Source of the DNA: Tubiluchus corallicola | Lineage: Eukaryota > Animalia > Priapulida | Length of the DNA stretch: 64,000 nucleotides | Direction: 5' to 3' | Assembly: GCA_030141605.1 (NCBI GenBank) | Contig: JAQGDQ010000024.1 | Span: forward strand, 558,001-622,000 | Shown: one piece after another, positions 24,776 to 37,280 of the stretch | Layout of the letters: the number at the start of each line of letters is the position of its first letter | Numbering within the stretch: the stretch's first letter is position 1 | The notes under the pieces: model-generated | What the model was told of the DNA's origin: nothing | The model's database searches: none | What the model saw: the letters and a program-made list of their open reading frames with translations, nothing else | Program-made: the position numbers and the translations under genes

Positions 24776-27700
24776 ATGAAAATTAAAAATGTTAGAAATT
24801 GTATTTTTTCTGCTTGGTACTTCAAGTTTAACCATCTTACAATCGAAAGGCGAGTTCCGTGTGTTGCCAATTATTGCTTAATTTATTATGATTAACCTTT
24901 CTAAATAATGTACAAATGAAATAGCTGAAAAAAGTTGTACTAATTACTATTATAGTATTAATAATAGTAATATTAGGGACTTGGAAGTAATGATTTTCAC
25001 TGGCCTCAATTTTGGAATGTGCGTCGGTCGGAGTATGCGTTGTATGGTCGTCCCAGTCAAGAATACTCTTGAAAAAACAGGATAGACGTACCTGTCTTGC
25101 TATTGACTGTTAACCTTGTGAACTGCTTCGAAATAATTTGTGGAAACAATAGGACAAAAACAGACTTTTCCTGGCTTCACAGAGTTCTTTGTGGTCGTAA
25201 GTCTAAGTTATTTATGCAACCAGCTAGATCTCACTTCTTTGAGCATTGTGTAGTTTGGCCATGGAATTATCCTGCGGCCATCAGTGCTTCATCAGTTGAC
25301 AATTTCAAAGGGTATTTGAGAGAGGACCATTAAGAGATAGTTACCGTCTACATCCTTATTTCTTTGGATAAGGTATAAATGAGGAATTTAAAGGAAAGGA
25401 GAAGTCACGTAGCATGTTTATTTACGTGGAATTTACCTGGAAAGACCTACCACACCGTCATCGTCATTTCTTTGGAGATTCTTCATACTTCTTTGCGAGA
25501 TCCTTGAGTTCAAAAGCCCAGTATAAATGGTTATAGATGCACATTAAATATGGCAGCACTGCAAGCCATTACAGTGCATTCCATTTGCATCTTCCATCTC
25601 TTCGATGTATGGCTATATTTTGTTCTTTAATTCAACTTGTTTGCAGCATCTATTGCAGTTTGTGGCAGTCTATTCCAATAATTTATTACTTGCTGGGAAT
25701 AGAAGTTCCTATGTATCTCCAGTCTTGTATGATGTTTAAGCAATTGCGGTTGTGTCATTTTTTTACCCATGTCTTCGTTTGGGACATTATTGTTTGCATT
25801 GATGTCAATGTCATTTAAAAACTTGTACATCTACAGCAGATTCTGCATGTTGCTAGTGCCTGTTAAGTGCTAATGAAGCATGTGCAGTAGGTGCGAAAAT
25901 GATCTCGCAATCAAAAAAATATGAATAAGCTTGTATTATGAACTCTTGTTTATTTATGTGTTTACAGAGCACTCACATCTTCCTGCTGTACACATAACAA
26001 TGTCTGCAGTCACAGGTTTGCCAATCTCTTGCAGTAAGATTTTTTTGTTGAATCGCAGAGTTTAGCAGTTGTTCTCTATACATGCTTAATTTAGCATCTT
26101 GCACGTAATACATATTTCAGATTGGTGATGCGTACTTTATAACTGGTCTGCTTATAGATTTGTGAAAAGGTAGAATCACTGTTGTAGGCATACTGCTAAA
26201 GTTCCTACTTATCATTCCAAGTAGCTGATTAGCCTTCAGCTATTTCCACTTATATTTAGTGCTGGTTTAAGACCATTGCTTATTTAAATAGTAAAGTCTG
26301 TTTCTTCCCTAACTTTGACAAGTAGGTTTTCATTGACATTATAGTCCTGACATGGGTTGCCATTTAACCAACATGCATTACCTTGCATTTATTCAACTGA
26401 AACATCATTTGCCAGTCTGCTGACCACTGAAAAAATAATCTGATTAATTGTCTGAGTTCCATTAAGTCATCTATAATGCCGACTTTTCAAACATTTTACT
26501 GTTATCAGCGATTGTAGGTAAAAGTAGGAATTTCTTCGTCAATATTAATTATGAAAATATGGAACAAAATAAGTCCCAGTCCTATGCAAACAAAATCTAT
26601 TTTTGTGTTTATTTCTACGTCCCAGAAAAAATAAACATATTCTAATAGGAAAAAAGGAATAATTTTAATTTGCAAGAAGAAACATTCGTAAAAGCTCTAT
26701 TTTAAAGGGATTTAAAAAGGACTCACTGGAATGACTGGAGTAAATGGCGATGGTGTACTTGATAAATTCGGTTTTAAGGTTGTCCAACATAATGTTTAAA
26801 GAGTAATATAGTAAATATAGTAAAATTTAGTGATAGAGAAACAGAAAACTTCAGAAAAAGAGAGCGACAAACAATAGAAAGGAAAAGCAAATGTAGGAAA
26901 ATATTTCTAAATTTGCTATCACCGCTGCTGCTGTTGTGTGCACAAATTGTAGAGTGAAAGGATTATAGGCTTGCTGGAGAACATATAAAGGAGATATGGG
27001 TTATGCTAGTTCTTTTAACATTTGGATAATTAAATAAATAATTCCAACATTAAAAAGTGTAATTAAAAGTGTCAGTTATAAGAACTCCCGTATTTTGGAG
27101 AATACACTCTCAGTCTACTTGCCTTTAAATTCAAAGTCTAAAATTTTTGTTCTTTGCTCTTAATAATTTATAATTCTTTCTTTTCTCTAGTGTCGTGATA
27201 CCACTGCCAAAAGATGTTTTAGAGTATTTATTGGATGATGGCTGTCTTCTGCTCCCACATTCGTAAGCATCTTAGCAGCATTTGAGTATTTGTACTATCT
27301 ACCTCTCACTTTCTCAGAATTGTATACAATGTAAAATATGTTATTCATCTTTGTATTCTTTTTTGGCAGTTTTTATATGCTGTTTACGTTGTGCTTAATT
27401 AGTGATTATAATCTTTGTTGTATAATTTTTCTGTGCATTACTAAATGCATTAATGTAAAGTCCAAAGAATAATTGAACTTTTTAGGCAATAAGTAAGTGA
27501 CTTTTTTGAGTTCTGCTCTTGTGATGCTTGACATGTGTTCTGAGCTTTACATATTTTGGCTTTAGAAAGCCTTAAACATTTTATTAAACTGCACAGGCTG
27601 CAAAGCTTTTAACACAGTTATAGATCTTGTTTGTAAAAAAAAACTAGAAAAAAAGCATGACAAACTAGTGATCTCATAGTGGTAAAGAGGGACTTATTGG

Positions 27701-30700
27701 AGTTATAACTTAGAACTTTAGTTTTTGCGTAACATTGTTTATTCAATACCTGCTTGAGTTATATATGTATATAGGTAATTTAGTTATGTATGTGTGTATA
27801 TTCATCTCTGCATGTGTACATGTATGTGTTTATAAATACATACATATGTTTCACTGACTTGATTATTATAATATTTTTGATGATTATGTATTGTGATGCT
27901 ATTTGCTTTGATGACTATTTTCCTAACCAAAAAATGTGTTAATTAAATTGTGCATTTAATTGTGTGACTTATTAATTACTGATACATTGGTAGTCACCAC
28001 TTGTCAGAGTATTATAATCTAAAATATTTTTTAATTTTTACTATATTGTGTGAAATTTGTTTTTTTGTGCAGATCAACTACAGACACCAGTGCAGATGAT
28101 AACAAAGCTGATGATGATAATAGTGATGCTGAAGATGATGAGGTTTGTTGTGCTTTTCAATTACTTTTCTTTTTGTTAAATAATAATAATAATAATAATA
28201 AGTTTTTTGTTGGTATGACAGTTTTCTTAACATTTTCGAAATCTGGTTTCAGTTTAGTTGTAACAAAGTACTCGAATACTATTTACGTGCAAACTCATAT
28301 ATTTTAATCGTATCGTTTGTAATGATCCGTAATATAGTGAAGATATTATGAACTAGTCGCAGATGACTTACATGTGGACTAATACTTTAATAAGCAAGTT
28401 TAATATTTGCTCTGCTAAAGTCAAAGTTCCTTCCTTCTGAAAGTAACTGTTACAAGTACTTTTATTGTGGGTTTATCACTATGGGTTAATTTTGACACAA
28501 ATCTGCAGAAGCTCGAGTTGCCATATAATGAATAAGTATTGTTTAAATTATAATTTGATTAGAAATGCATTTTAAATACACATGGACTTCTTGCCATTTC
28601 TTTATGACACACATGTGCTATTGTCTTTTTATCGAGACTCTGCACTGTGCTGTTGATTCTGATGTGCAACATACTTTTCATTTCTAAATTGTGAGTGTTT
28701 TACTCGGCTGGTGTGAGGTAGTTCTGTATAATTTCTGGTGATGTATTTAGTAGAATTACAATATTCTTTGTCCATTTGCATAATTGTTTATTTTAGCATA
28801 GTTTTTGTGCTTTCACTAAAAGGTGTGTTAAACAAATTTTGCAGAATGCTAATCTACAATGCCTCAATACTATATTTAGTTTTTACTATTTTTGTTGTGT
28901 TGATTTATGAGCTAATAAGTCAATCATAAATAAATCAAATTTTGTTTGCACTCATTATCACAGTAAGATGAAGGCATGATTGAGAATGATGAAATGATGA
29001 AAAACTAATAAAGTGTTTGACTTTTTCAGCATGAAGTTGCTTTATTTTTCATCAACATTTATGTAGTTTTATGCAGCAAAAATGCAAGATTCGCATTGAA
29101 ACATTGTGAGTGAAAATGTCACTTTGCTAAAACAAGTTATGTTACTTTTACTGTGTCAAATTGTTTCAAATGTTTAAGTTGTTTCACTTGCACAATATTA
29201 GGAGCTTCTGTAAGATATTCTTTTATCCTGAAGCTTCTAAAATGATTGTGTTTTTTAGGATTGGCATTCAGAAAATCTGAATGATGCTGATTTGCCACAT
29301 TATCCTGAATTTGATGAGCAGGTTAGTAGCGCAGTAGCCGAACTAGGTGGAGCTGTGTTTCCAAAACTTAACTGGAGTTCTCCAAAGGTAATGAAACTTT
29401 GCTTAGTATACTTGTTAGGCTATTCTCATATAAATGTTTAGCACATTGGTGTAGTGTAATTCGCATACAGTACAGGGTTTTTAATTACCTGTGTAAAACC
29501 TAAATGACAATTTCTGTGCATTTTATTCAGTTTCTCATTTAGAAATGTTGGCATTGGTCAGAATCCCATGTAAGTCAACACAGCTTGGTGTTTCAAAGAT
29601 CTTCCATTTTTTACTGTTTGTTTTCGTGTTTCTATGTATTCCATGTTTGTAGAACAGGGCCTATTCATCAGAGTTTTTCAAAGGGATATGAGCAGTGGCG
29701 GCTCGTAGCTAAAGTTAGTGGGGGTGCTGCAAATTTAAAAAAAAATTAACCATTGTTTTCATACTGTGTAAAATGAAACAAACATGTAATTTTAATGTTG
29801 TAATTGTAATTTTAAACAAACAAACAAATTTATACGTAAACTTGATAATTTTAAAAAAAGTATTGTTTTCTTACGCATAGCCTAAATTGTCGCAGTTCAA
29901 GAATATGCCTGTACACGACAACTGACAACACGTACTGCTTGAGTGATAGTACCCTTCCTACCTAAACTACAGCGCCTTATCTCAGGCATTGCACCTGGCT
30001 GCAAGCGCACCATGTTGCATGGGCTGTGAAACAAATTGTACTTCTCTCACATGCTCCGGTTCAGCACAAGTATAAATAAAGAACTAAAGAAAAAGACATA
30101 TTATATTGAATATTATTGATAATAATGAGTGAAAACAGGGTGTGCTGGAGTACCACAATACCTCTACACGAGCCGCTACTGGATATGAGATTTCACTTCT
30201 TTTCCTTTTACGTTGTTGTTCAACTTTTGGTAACTTGTTTAGTTTTAGCTGTCGAACTGAGATACTTATCTGTGTTGCTAGGTAGTAAAACTCGTAAACA
30301 TACTTTATGTATATAATTTTTCAGGATGCAAGTTGGATAGCTTTTGGTAATACGTTGAAGTGTAAAACTCCTTCAGACATTTATCTGCTGCTTAAAAGTT
30401 CAGACTTCGTCACACATGACCTGACACAGCCGTAAGTTTAAAGTTACATTTGTCAGTAAGTAAAGCACAGCTTCTAGGGCATTTGAAAGGCTTTGTATGT
30501 TAATCCAGCCATATACAGTCCAGTTGATTCATAGTCTGACACTTAGTGTACGTAATGAAATTTACCTTTTACATTTAGCTTTCAACGAAATGTTATTTTT
30601 TCAGTGCTTAAATTTCCTGTTTAGTGTTTGTTGGTGATTTTGTTAATCGATTTATCCCTACCATAAAATGTGTAACCATAAAATTGTGTTACCATAATGC

Positions 30701-33700
30701 ATCTAAGATGTATAGTTGGTTTGTAATTTTGGACGTGCATGACAGGAATTTTTAATCAAGTTAAGGGAGAGACTCATTCCATTGCAGAGACCATGAGTCC
30801 ATGCAGTATGAGTTTCTTAGTCCCTTGGCAAGTATGCAGAGTAGTAAGGATAGATTACATTTAAAAAAATAGCCAGGAATTGTTAATGCAGTCATTTCTC
30901 CTTTCATGCAAGCACTGCTGAAACAGCCCAGAATTAATTTTGACTACACCTTTTGGTGAACATACATTTCACTAATATTTTTTTAGCTTACTCTTTGACT
31001 GAAATGTAAAATTTTAGAATTATAGTCACACACTCGGTGAGCACCTTAAATATGTGCATATGCACATACAGGATGTCAGGAAATGATGGCCCAGCAGCTA
31101 TACATAAAAATAATTACAACTTGATGTAAGTCTATTTTTTTTAATTTTAATCATAATGTTTCAAAGTTTTTTCTCCTCCTTATTACACCATTCCCATTGA
31201 GAAACCAACTTGAATCATGCCACTGTTCATTTGTGGCCCTCAGTGCAGATATAAGATAAGATAAATTAAATGATAGTTTTGTCAGTTTTTATTTAATCTT
31301 TTTGGTTTTTTCCGAACAGTTGATCGTTTCCTGGCTTGTGCAGGCTAGTATTGCATTTCCTTGCATTGTTTAATTTTCTTGCAAATATTCTTGTTGGTGT
31401 TCTCTGAGTTTTGACTTCTCCATTAAATAGCTTTATGAGACATTTCTTTCCATATCAGATAGTTATTATACATTGTTGTTAGGTCGTATTTCAGATCTTG
31501 TTTTTTTGTGTATAGGTTTTTGCTATGTGATGACGTGGATTCGTCTGAAGACACACAAGTGAATTTTGAGCTTGTGTTACGCAAATGGGTGGAACTTAAT
31601 CCAGGCTTGGAATTTAGATGCTTTATAAAAAATGATCAAATTGTAGGTATGTTTACAAACGTATACTATATATTAGCATTAATAGACTTACTTTGACTAC
31701 GTCTATTTAGTACACAATAGATTTTTTTGTTTACAACAATCTACAGCATTTCACTGCCATTTAAATATGTGGAAAAACGTTCTTAAAATAATTTCTTTGA
31801 AAATTAAGACATTTGTGAGAATTTTTTTATGAAATTTTTTAAAAGTATAATTTGTGATGCAGCTCACTGCTTACAACACTAGCAGAATTCAATATATGAT
31901 TATTCAGCAATGAGCTACATTAGATCATTCAAAGTAGAGCTGCTGGCTACTGTAGCCTATTGATCTAAATAAGAAAATCCATAGTAATATCATAATGACA
32001 GCATTTCTGAAGATCAGTTTGGGAGATTGTTCTATGAATACTAAGCAATAAATTTTGTATATTTGCTAACTAAAAATAAGTATTTTTTATATTATATTTA
32101 TCATATGCTGAATAGGCATCTGACTTGAAGATATGTATTAACTATTAAAGTAAAGTATGTTGTAAACAACTTCTTCGGTACTTTCCATTGAATAAAAAAT
32201 AGGTTTTTGTGGATGTAGTTCTTGCAAATATGAAGAACTTATCGTCAGTTTAAACAGTTTGTTAAATTCTTTCTGTTTAGAACAAAAGTTCTGTGTATTG
32301 CAGTACAATTTTATCAGTCAAAATTATTCTGTTGGTTTACATCATGCAGTTGGGCTGACGTGTTTGGTCTTTTATGCAATGCAGAAACTCGAAGGACAAT
32401 GAAATTTTATTTTGTAATAACTACGTCCAGCCTTTATTTAATGATTTGACAGTGATTTCACTCATGACTTTAAATAACCTATTATTTATTAGCAAAAATT
32501 CTTACCATATTTATGCATATTTACTGACTGCTATAAATTATCTAGTGGCACTATGCCACACTATAAACTTTTGTAAAACAATATACATTTGCTTACGTTA
32601 TTGGAACAGGCATTTCTCAGCGACACGATACAAATTTCTTCGATTTTATTCATTCTATGAAAGAAGAAATCTGCCTAGACATTTTGAAGTTTTACCAGTC
32701 TAAGATCGAGGGAAAATTTGCTGATCAAAATTGTAAGTGCAGTGACTATAGTAAATATAGTTATTCATTAATTACGTGTTAATGAATGTTAATAACCTCT
32801 CATTATTAGAGATGTTAACACTGTATTTCTAGTGTTTATTTTGCAGTGTACTTTTGCTTCATAGGTGCTAATAATTATTAATCTTTGCAATTGTAAATGA
32901 TGACTGCAACAAATGGCTGAAAAAAATTTAAGCGTAAAATATTCTAAAGTCAATGAACCTATGCAAAATTAACTTAAAAGGTGCTAACGAGCGCTGGTCG
33001 ACTGGTTTCGTCTGTCGTCCTTTGAGCAGCAGGGCTGCAAGTGACACCAGGCGACAGTAGAATTTCCACAACAGAAATCCAATTAATGGCAAGCAGTGTA
33101 CTGTAAAGCTACTGAAATAATACTACTAAAAGGAGCAATGTAAATAGGTTAGACTATGATATCTACACTATGAAATCTATAGGTTGATTACGAAATATTT
33201 GCATTTTACATTGCCGTTTGCTGAATGAAATTTGTAGTTTTTTCTGCATTGTAATTCTAAAAAAACATAAATGCTATCATTTGAAGCAAAAGTTGACATT
33301 AGAGCAATATTTATTGTAGCCTATTGAGATAGTAATGCAATATTTGCTGGGCGGGCACACTTTGGCCACTTTACATTTTGAAGAATCATAATTTTTTAAT
33401 TTTAACACTACTAATTTTTTTAATACCTTTCTGCTAGAAATTTTAAAATTATGGAAATGAAACTGTAGATTTTTAATTAAGCTTCTAAACTTACTTACAT
33501 AATAAGTGCAAACTATACATTGCATTTTTATCTTACTGATTACTACTAGAGAACAGAGATCCACTCACTGCTGCTGAGTTTAAGAAAAGTGTAATTGTGA
33601 GTGTAATTGTTTAGTGGTTAAATCAACCATGCACTCAATCATCTGGGCAGTATGGGCTCCTGCTGCTTTGATTATTGCTAACAGGTTCTTGGGTGCACAA

Positions 33701-36700
33701 ACACCTTTGTTGTATGTGCACTTGAAAAATTGTTGATAACACAATAGATAAATAGATGCTGTTATAGCACATTACAACTAATATTAAAATACGTATTTAC
33801 ACAATAAGAACTGAATTTAGCTGCTATACCAAAGTCAAAGGTATATAAGTGTCTCTACAACAGGCTAGGCAACATTGCTGTGTGAAGTTATTTTCTTAAG
33901 ATTTATAAAATTTATCAGTGAAAATAGGCCTCCTAACAAAATAGAAAAGTTAACTATTATTTCAGAAGAAACTTTAGTTAAGCATTTGTAATGCCTTATT
34001 GTTAATTCTGAGATTTTTAAAATACGTTTATATAACAAAAACGTTATTTGTGATACAAGTTACTGTGCATTGTATGTAAGGTATTGTAATAAAATGTACT
34101 TTGGTGAAACAATCATGTGACTCGGTGATCGGTTTGCACTGACATCTTGCCTTTTTCTCAGGCTTTTAATTGGCCTGACCACAGTTATGACCTGGTGTTG
34201 ACTCTGTGACTATGCTATATTGGACTTGCTATGATGGAGAACACAAGTGTAAGGAAATAGAACTATTTTTCAGCTTGGACATTTCCTTTTTTGGCAACAT
34301 TAACAGATGGGTTTTTCAACCACTTCTGTTCCATGTTCATCTGAGAGTCAAAGCATGTGTAGCTAAGTTTGCTAATATATGTGCTTCTTTAATTTAGTCT
34401 TTGTGTTTCTTTCTAATTCAGTACTTTTGTTTTACAGATGTAATGGATGTTTACAGATGCAATAAAGTAAGTTTACTTTGCCAGTATAATTCAAAATTTC
34501 TGCAGCACGTGGGAATATAATAATTAGCACGAGAAAAAGATACACCAGTTTCTGTTATTTCAGTACTAATTTTAGTAGACGGCAAAACAGGTGCTGTAAA
34601 CACTGTGCATAATGGTATGTTGGGCATAACGCACGGTGTCATCTGTTAATTAGAAAAAGTAACTATTTTTAAAATTACTGCACCTTTAACACTTTTTTGT
34701 AGTGCTGCCTATAAGAATTATTATTATTATTTCCTGCTTTAACACGGATATGTATTGCTCCAGCGTGGTTTGTATGTTTTCTGTGTCAATGTTGATGTGC
34801 TTGATGAAGTCATACTTTTTCCACCGAACTCATTATTAATGCCATCATGTTTTGCTTCTAGTCTTGGATCATTCAAATCATATGACGTATATACTAAATT
34901 TGCTTTACGTTTCCAGTATTTCTTCATATATCATGAAGAAATTTATTTAACAAAAAATGTTATGAGTCTGCTGTGATTGCTGATTGCATAATACTAAAAT
35001 ATTTTTGCTCATCTTCTCTGTTATGATAGATACTCATTAAAGCCTTTGGTCTATTTATTTTTTCATGTCTTGCCACCAACTGCCACTCATTTTCTTATTT
35101 AGTAAATTTGCAAATGTGAGGCGCATTTGCTTTGCATAAGATAAATTTTGTAAAAAGTGAAACTGGCAGTTGCATGTTAGTTGCCTTAATGTCAGAGTCT
35201 CGTCTGGAATTAAATTGGTGCTGAATATGCTGCTGGAAATAACATTATTTAATATAAGTATACAAATATTTACATTAAGTGACACTAATATGTACTGCAT
35301 TTTGCTGTGCATTACTAACAAAATTAACTCTCCTCAGTTAACTTTGCTCATCAACTCTCTTTCATAATTTCTGGTTTTAAAAAGCTTTCGCTGTACTGAT
35401 GTGTTCTGAATCTAACCATTTATAAATTCTGTTTTTAATTAGGATTCAGTTTGGTTGATTGACTTTAATCCGTTTGGCACTGTTACTGACTCACTGTTGT
35501 TTACTTGGGAAGAGTTGATGGAAAAACAACCTGTGACACACAATGTGGATGTAACAACAGAAGATGTGTGTTTGGTAATTAGTTTTGTCATCATAATTGC
35601 TACCAATCCGAAGAGGCAGAACATTCACAATTAGTCATAAGCATTGTAATTTGTAATTTTAATGCTGTATAGTTTGTCTATGTTTGATGTTGTGTCTATG
35701 TGATTTACTATACGTAAAATTTTCTAATTTTTAACTAGGGAATGAAAATAAAATGAGCAGAAAATAAAAAATTGTTACTATAATTTTAACTTGAATATTA
35801 ATAATTCATTTCAAGTTAAAAATAAAAGGGAAGAAGTAATATATCTGTTTATGAGATCATGCAGATCATGCTACAGATGAACTTTAATTAATGATGACTC
35901 AATAAACCTAGGGAAAATAAAATAGCATGCAATCTAAATTCATGCTCAAGTGATCATAAAACAAAAAGTCATACATAATCAGTATCCCAATCTGTGAATT
36001 GGGACCTTCACATAATACCATAACACAGACTTGGAATGGAAAAAAAACGGCGTGTGTATTGTCATTTTAAAGTGAGGACTAGTCAGTAAAATTGATGGGT
36101 CGAGCTAAAACAATTTCTGCACAAAACGATCGAGTGCCATAAAATGTGGCAAGTTTGTCTTAGACGCCTCAAAATGCAGCAGCACATTCACATTAATGAA
36201 ATCACACAACATGCACCTGAACATTATGCACTTGTATTTGGTATTTTAAAATTAGCTGTCGTGGGTGTACTTATACGGTCTTGTGTTTTAACTTTCTATG
36301 ACACCAAATTTTGTTTTGTCCATTTGTAGGTTAGTCAGTTCTAAGCTACATAACATCTTTGATTATGATGTACAGGCATTTTGTATTCGCCTAAAAATTT
36401 TGTATTTCTAAACCAGTCTTAGTTTACTTGGTTTACTGTTACTGTTGGACAAATTTGCTATTTACTGTGACTTCTGTACATGATTCAAATACTTTCATTT
36501 CTCTTACCAAAAGTTACATTGTACTGGGCCACTGGTGTTTGTACTTCAACTGGTTTAGCTTCATTTTTTCTGCTTCAAAACTTTATATTTCAGAAAACTA
36601 CATGTCTTGCATAAGTCTATGATAATACAGATTTTTCCACTGTTACAAGAGAGCTAATTTGTTTTAGTTGCGGCAGTTTGGACTTTTGCTATTAGTTTGG

Positions 36701-37280
36701 AGATACAATGAGCATGATTACATTGGGCAAGTAAAATTTGTAATTATCATCCTTTCAGGTTTTAGATTTTCGGTTTGTTGGTCAAGATCCAGGGATGCAA
36801 GCTAATCCATACAGACAGTATGGGTTACCTCGAGATGTATATGAGTTTACTGGACCTCAGAACACAAGTGACATTGTAGAGTTTTTAAAATATGCCGTGA
36901 GTAACTATGACTTTATAGAAAAACTTGTATTAGCAAAAATTATATAATATACACTTTCACAATTAGCTTTTAGATAAATAAATAGAAATGTTACAAATGA
37001 ACATTATTGTTTAATTCATAAGAGAGGAGACTGCTTGCCAGCCAAGACTGTGAAGCACTGAAATATATTGGAGAGAGTCATAAACGTGTATGGTTAGAAT
37101 GGTGTTTTTTCTTTATGCAATAAATATCATTGATTGACATGTAGCTAACAAGTTATTACAAAAACATGTCATTGAAGTGGTTATTTATGTCATTGTGATG
37201 ATTAAACAATGCCTTAATTTTGAATACAGCAAATTATCGTATTATTTCAGACAGTGGATAGTGATGGTGATGAAGAATGA
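24776..37280 (+). CDS. CDC123: Cell division cycle protein 123 (eIF2 assembly factor, D123/ATP-grasp family), 11 exons, about 344 aa
   Basis: Exons 24776-24849 (GC donor), 27191-27262, 28073-28142, 29259-29387, 30325-30431, 31516-31646, 32610-32732, 34438-34466, 35443-35574, 36759-36896, 37251-37280; total 1035 nt, in frame. Family motifs: [92 protein letters not shown]. The last exon (TVDSDGDEE*) is the least certain. Confidence 0.95.
25020..25335 (+). mobile_element. CR1-group LINE 3' fragment in CDC123 intron 1
   Basis: Decayed [27 protein letters not shown]...[10 protein letters not shown] resembles the CR1 ORF2 C-terminus (HFFS.RVV..WN.LP...S...FK..L). Confidence 0.65.
25600..26590 (-). 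mobile_element. Decayed CR1-group LINE fragment in CDC123 intron 1
   Basis: Minus-strand motifs [20 protein letters not shown] (FADD-like), [36 protein letters not shown]. Confidence 0.85.
29693..30181. mobile_element. hAT-type MITE in CDC123 intron 4
   Basis: TIRs CAGTGGCGGCTCGT / ACGAGCCGCTACTG (13 of 14 match) with a perfect 8-bp TSD GATATGAG at 29685-29692 and 30182-30189. Confidence 0.9.

Noticed and set aside
37023-37061. Alternative last exon of CDC123 ([12 protein letters not shown])
   Set aside because: It has a weak AAG acceptor. The TTTCAG acceptor at 37250, giving an acidic tail TVDSDGDEE*, fits the family better.
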